From: Eledone cirrhosa
Taxonomy: Eukaryota
Length of the DNA: 64,000 nt
NCBI GenBank assembly: GCA_964016885.1
Contig: CAXHJY010000898.1
Span: forward strand, 124,001-188,000
Reading direction: 5' to 3'
In this document: piece after piece, positions 61,201 to 64,000 of the stretch
Layout: each line of letters starts with the position of its first letter
Numbering within the stretch: the first letter of the stretch is position 1
The notes under the pieces: model-generated
What the model was told of the DNA's origin: nothing
What the model saw: only the letters and a program-made list of their open reading frames with translations
The model's database searches: none
Translations under genes and position numbers: made by a program

Positions 61201-64000
61201 TAGGATAGCTTAGCTTAGGATAGCTTAGCTTAGGATAGCTTAGGATAGCTTAGCTTAGCTTAGCTTAGGATAGCTTAGCTTAGCTTAGCTTAGGATAGCT
61301 TAGCTTAGCTTAGCTTAGGATAGCTTAGCTTAGCTTAGCTTAGGATAGCTTAGGATAGCTTAGCTTAGGATAGCTTAGGATAGCTTAGCTTAGGATAGCT
61401 TAGGATAGCTTAGCTTAGGATAGCTTAGCTTAGGATAGCTTAGCTTAGGATAGCTTAGGATAGCTTAGCTTAGGATAGCTTAGGATAGCTTAGCTTAGGA
61501 TAGCTTAGCTTAGGATAGCTTAGGATAGCTTAGCTTAACTTAGCTTAGGATAGCTTAGCTTAGCTTAGCTTAGGATAGCTTAGCTTAGCTTAGCTTAGGA
61601 TAGCTTAGCTTAGCTTAGCTTAGGATAGCTTAGGATAGCTTAGCTTAGGATAGCTTAGGATAGCTTAGCTTAGGATAGCTTAGCTTAGCTTAGCTTAGGA
61701 TAGCTTAGCTTAGCTTAGCTTAGAATAGCTTAGCTTAGGATAGCTTAGCTTAGGATAGCTTAGCTTAGGATAGCTTAGCTTAGGATAGCTTAGGATAGCT
61801 TAGCTTAGGATAGCTTAGGATAGCTTAGCTTAGGATAGCTTAGCTTAGCTTAGCTTAGGATAGCTTAGCTTAGCTTAGGATAGCTTAGCTTAGCTTAGCT
61901 TAGGATAGCTTAGCTTAGGATAGCTTAGGAAAGCTTAGCTTAGCTTAGCTTAGGATAGCTTAGCTTAGCTTAGCTTAGGATAGCTTAGCTTAGCTTAGGA
62001 TAGCTTAGCTTAGCTTAGCTTAGGATAGCTTAGCTTAGCTTAGTTTAGGATAGCTTAGCTTAGCTTAGCTTAGGATAGCTTAGCTTAGGATAGCTTAGCT
62101 TAGCTTAGCTTAGGATAGCTTAGCTTAGCTTAGCTTAGGATAGCTTAGCTTAGGATAGCTTAGCTTAGCTTAGCTTAGGATAGCTTAGCATAGCTTAGCT
62201 TAGGATAGCTTAGCTTAGCTTAGCTTAGGATAGCTTAGCTTAGCTTAGCTTAGGATAGCTTAGCTTAGCTTAGCTTAGGATAGCTTAGCTTAGCTTAGCT
62301 TAGGATAGCTTAGCTTAGCTTAGCTTAGGATAGCTTAGCATAGCTTAGCTTAGGATAGCTTAGCTTAGCTTAGCTTAGGATAGCTTAGCTTAGCTTAGGA
62401 TAGCTGAGCTTAGCTTGGCTTAGGATAGCTTAGCTTAGCTTGGCTTAGGATAGCTTAGCTTAGCTTAGCTTAGGATAGCTTAGCTTAGGATAGCTTAGGA
62501 TAGCTTAGCTTAGCTTAGCTTAGGATAGCTTAGCTTAGTTTAGGATAGCTTAGCTTAGCTTAGCTTAGGATAGCTTAGGATAGCTTAGCTTAGGATAGCT
62601 TAGGATAGCTTAGCTTAGGATAGCTTAGGATAGCTTAGCTTAGGATAGCTTAGGATAGCTTAGGTTAGGATAGCTTAGCTTAGGATAGCTTAGGATAGCT
62701 TAGCTTAGGATAGCTTAGGATAGCTTAGCTTAGGATAGCTTAGGATAGCTTAGCTTAGGATAGCTTAGCTTAGGATAGCTTAGGAAAGCTTAGCTTAGCT
62801 TAGCTTAGGATAGCTTAGCTTAGCTTAGCTTAGGATAGCTTAGCTTAGCTTAGCTTAGGATAGCTTAGGATAGCTTAGCTTAGGATAGCTTAGGATAGCT
62901 TAGCTTAGGATAGCTTAGCTTAGGATAGCTTAGCTTAGGATAGCTTAGGATAGCTTAGCTTAGGATAGCTTAGGATAGCTTAGCTTAGGTAGCTTAGCTT
63001 AGGATAGCTTAGGATAGCTTAGCTTAGCTTAGCTTAGGATAGCTTAGCTTAGCTTAGGATAGCTTAGCTTAGCTTAGCTTAGCTTAGGATAGCTTAGCTT
63101 AGCTTAGGATAGCTTAGGATAGCTTAGCTTAGGATAGCTTAGGATAGCTTAGCTTAGGATAGCTTAGGATAGCTTAGCTTAGGATAGCTTAGGATAGCTT
63201 AGCTTAGGATAGCTTAGCTTAGGATAGCTTAGCTTAGCTTAGCTTAGGATAGCTTAGCTTAGGATAGCTTAGGATATCTTAGGTTAGGATAGCTTAGCTT
63301 AGGATAGCTTAGGATAGATTAGCTTAGCTTAGCTTAGGATAGCTTAGCTTAGCTTAGCTTAGGATAGCTTAGCTTAGCTTAGGATAGCTTAGCTTAGCTT
63401 AGCTTAGGATAGCTTAGCTTAGCTTAGCTTAGGATAGCTTAGCTTAGCTTAGGATAGCTTAGCTTAGCTTAGCTTAGGATAGCTTAGCTTAGCTTAGCTT
63501 AGGATAGCTTAGCTTAGGATAGCTTAGCTTAGGATAGCTTAGCTTAGGTTAGCTTAGCTTAGCTTAGCTTAGGATAGCTTAGGATAGCTTAGCTTAGGAT
63601 AACTTAGCTTAGCTTAGCTTAGGATAGCTTAGCTTAGCTTAGCTTAGGATAGCTTAGCTTAGCTTAGCTTAGGATAGCTTAGCTTAGGATAGCTTAGGAT
63701 TGCTTAGCTTAGCTTAGCTTAGGATAGCTTAGCTTAGCTTAGCTTAGGATAGCTTAGCTTAGCTTAGGATAGCTTAGCTTAGCTTAGCTTAGGATAGCTT
63801 AGCTTAGCTTAGCTTAGGATAGCTTAGCTTAGCTTAGCTTAGGATAGCTTAGGATAGCTTAGGATAGCTTAGCTTAGCTTAGCTTAGGATAGCTTAGCTT
63901 AGCTTAGGATAGCTTAGCTTAGCTTAGCTTAGGATAGCTTAGCTTAGCTTAGGATAGCTTAGCTTAGCTTAGCTTAGGATAGCTTAGCTTAGCTTAGCTT
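55201..64000 (+). repeat. Copy 2 of ~55.2-kb-offset higher-order duplication (matches 1-8845)
   Basis: Line-by-line near identity with the window start. It differs by a few whole-unit indels, a 50-bp deletion near 62.08 kb and a few substitutions (e.g. TATAG 55506, CTGAG 62404). Confidence 0.93.

Larger units (their letters stand above)
1..64000. repeat. Compound pentameric satellite array [GATAG(CTTAG)n]m, open at both window edges
   Basis: Every line parses into CTTAG/GATAG units with occasional 1-2 base variants (GAAAG, GAGAG, GTTAG, CATAG, TTTAG, ATTAG, AATAG, CTTTG, CTTGG, CTTAC, CTTAA, GATCG, GATTG, GATAT, GACAG) and 18 GTAG 4-mers. Both main units are 40% GC. Orientation is constant throughout. 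Confidence 0.99.

Noticed and set aside
1-64000. Protein-coding ORFs on either strand
   Set aside because: The plus strand has TAG in nearly every pentamer, closing all frames within about 15 bp. The minus strand has TAA in each CTAAG, and a frame stays open only if every third unit is B, which never persists. ATG is nearly absent.
1-64000. CRISPR array or other repeat-spacer system
   Set aside because: There are no unique spacers, leader or cas genes. The sequence between GATAG units is only CTTAG copies.
1-64000. Canonical (TTAGG)n telomere or G-quadruplex array
   Set aside because: TTAGG arises only at A-B junctions, with at most a few adjacent copies at GTTAG variants. GGG is rare and there are no regular G-tracts.
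1-64000. Information-encoding binary code or synthetic construct
   Set aside because: The A/B pattern is highly redundant and is explained by nested duplications with inherited point variants, as expected for natural satellite turnover. There is no evidence of a readout.
1-64000. GATA-factor site array or Bkm (GATA)n repeat
   Set aside because: The context is GGATAG, which does not match WGATAR, and GATA is never tandem.
1-64000. Assignment as a functional centromere or to a particular species
   Set aside because: The architecture is compatible with a centromere, but nothing in the sequence is diagnostic. It would need CENP-A/CENH3 data and a database search.

Overview
The whole 64 kb window is one uninterrupted, single-orientation satellite array. 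It is built from two pentamers, A = CTTAG (majority) and B = GATAG, plus sparse point variants. I found no genes, RNA genes, transposon insertions or unique sequence. B occurs only singly, followed by usually 1-4 (maximum 9 seen) A units, and the pattern points to an underlying 25-bp frame that switches between B-A-A-A-A and B-A-B-A-A. Rare variant pentamers act as markers and reveal nested higher-order duplications at offsets of about 240-290 bp, 755 bp, 3.1 kb, 3.45 kb, 15.9 kb, 20.6 kb and 55.2 kb. All 18 breaks in 5-bp phase are the same 1-bp deletion (GATAG->GTAG). The array looks like eukaryotic heterochromatic (peri)centromeric or subtelomeric satellite DNA. The organism and any function cannot be determined from the sequence alone. 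All alignments were made by eye using marker variants, so block boundaries are approximate.
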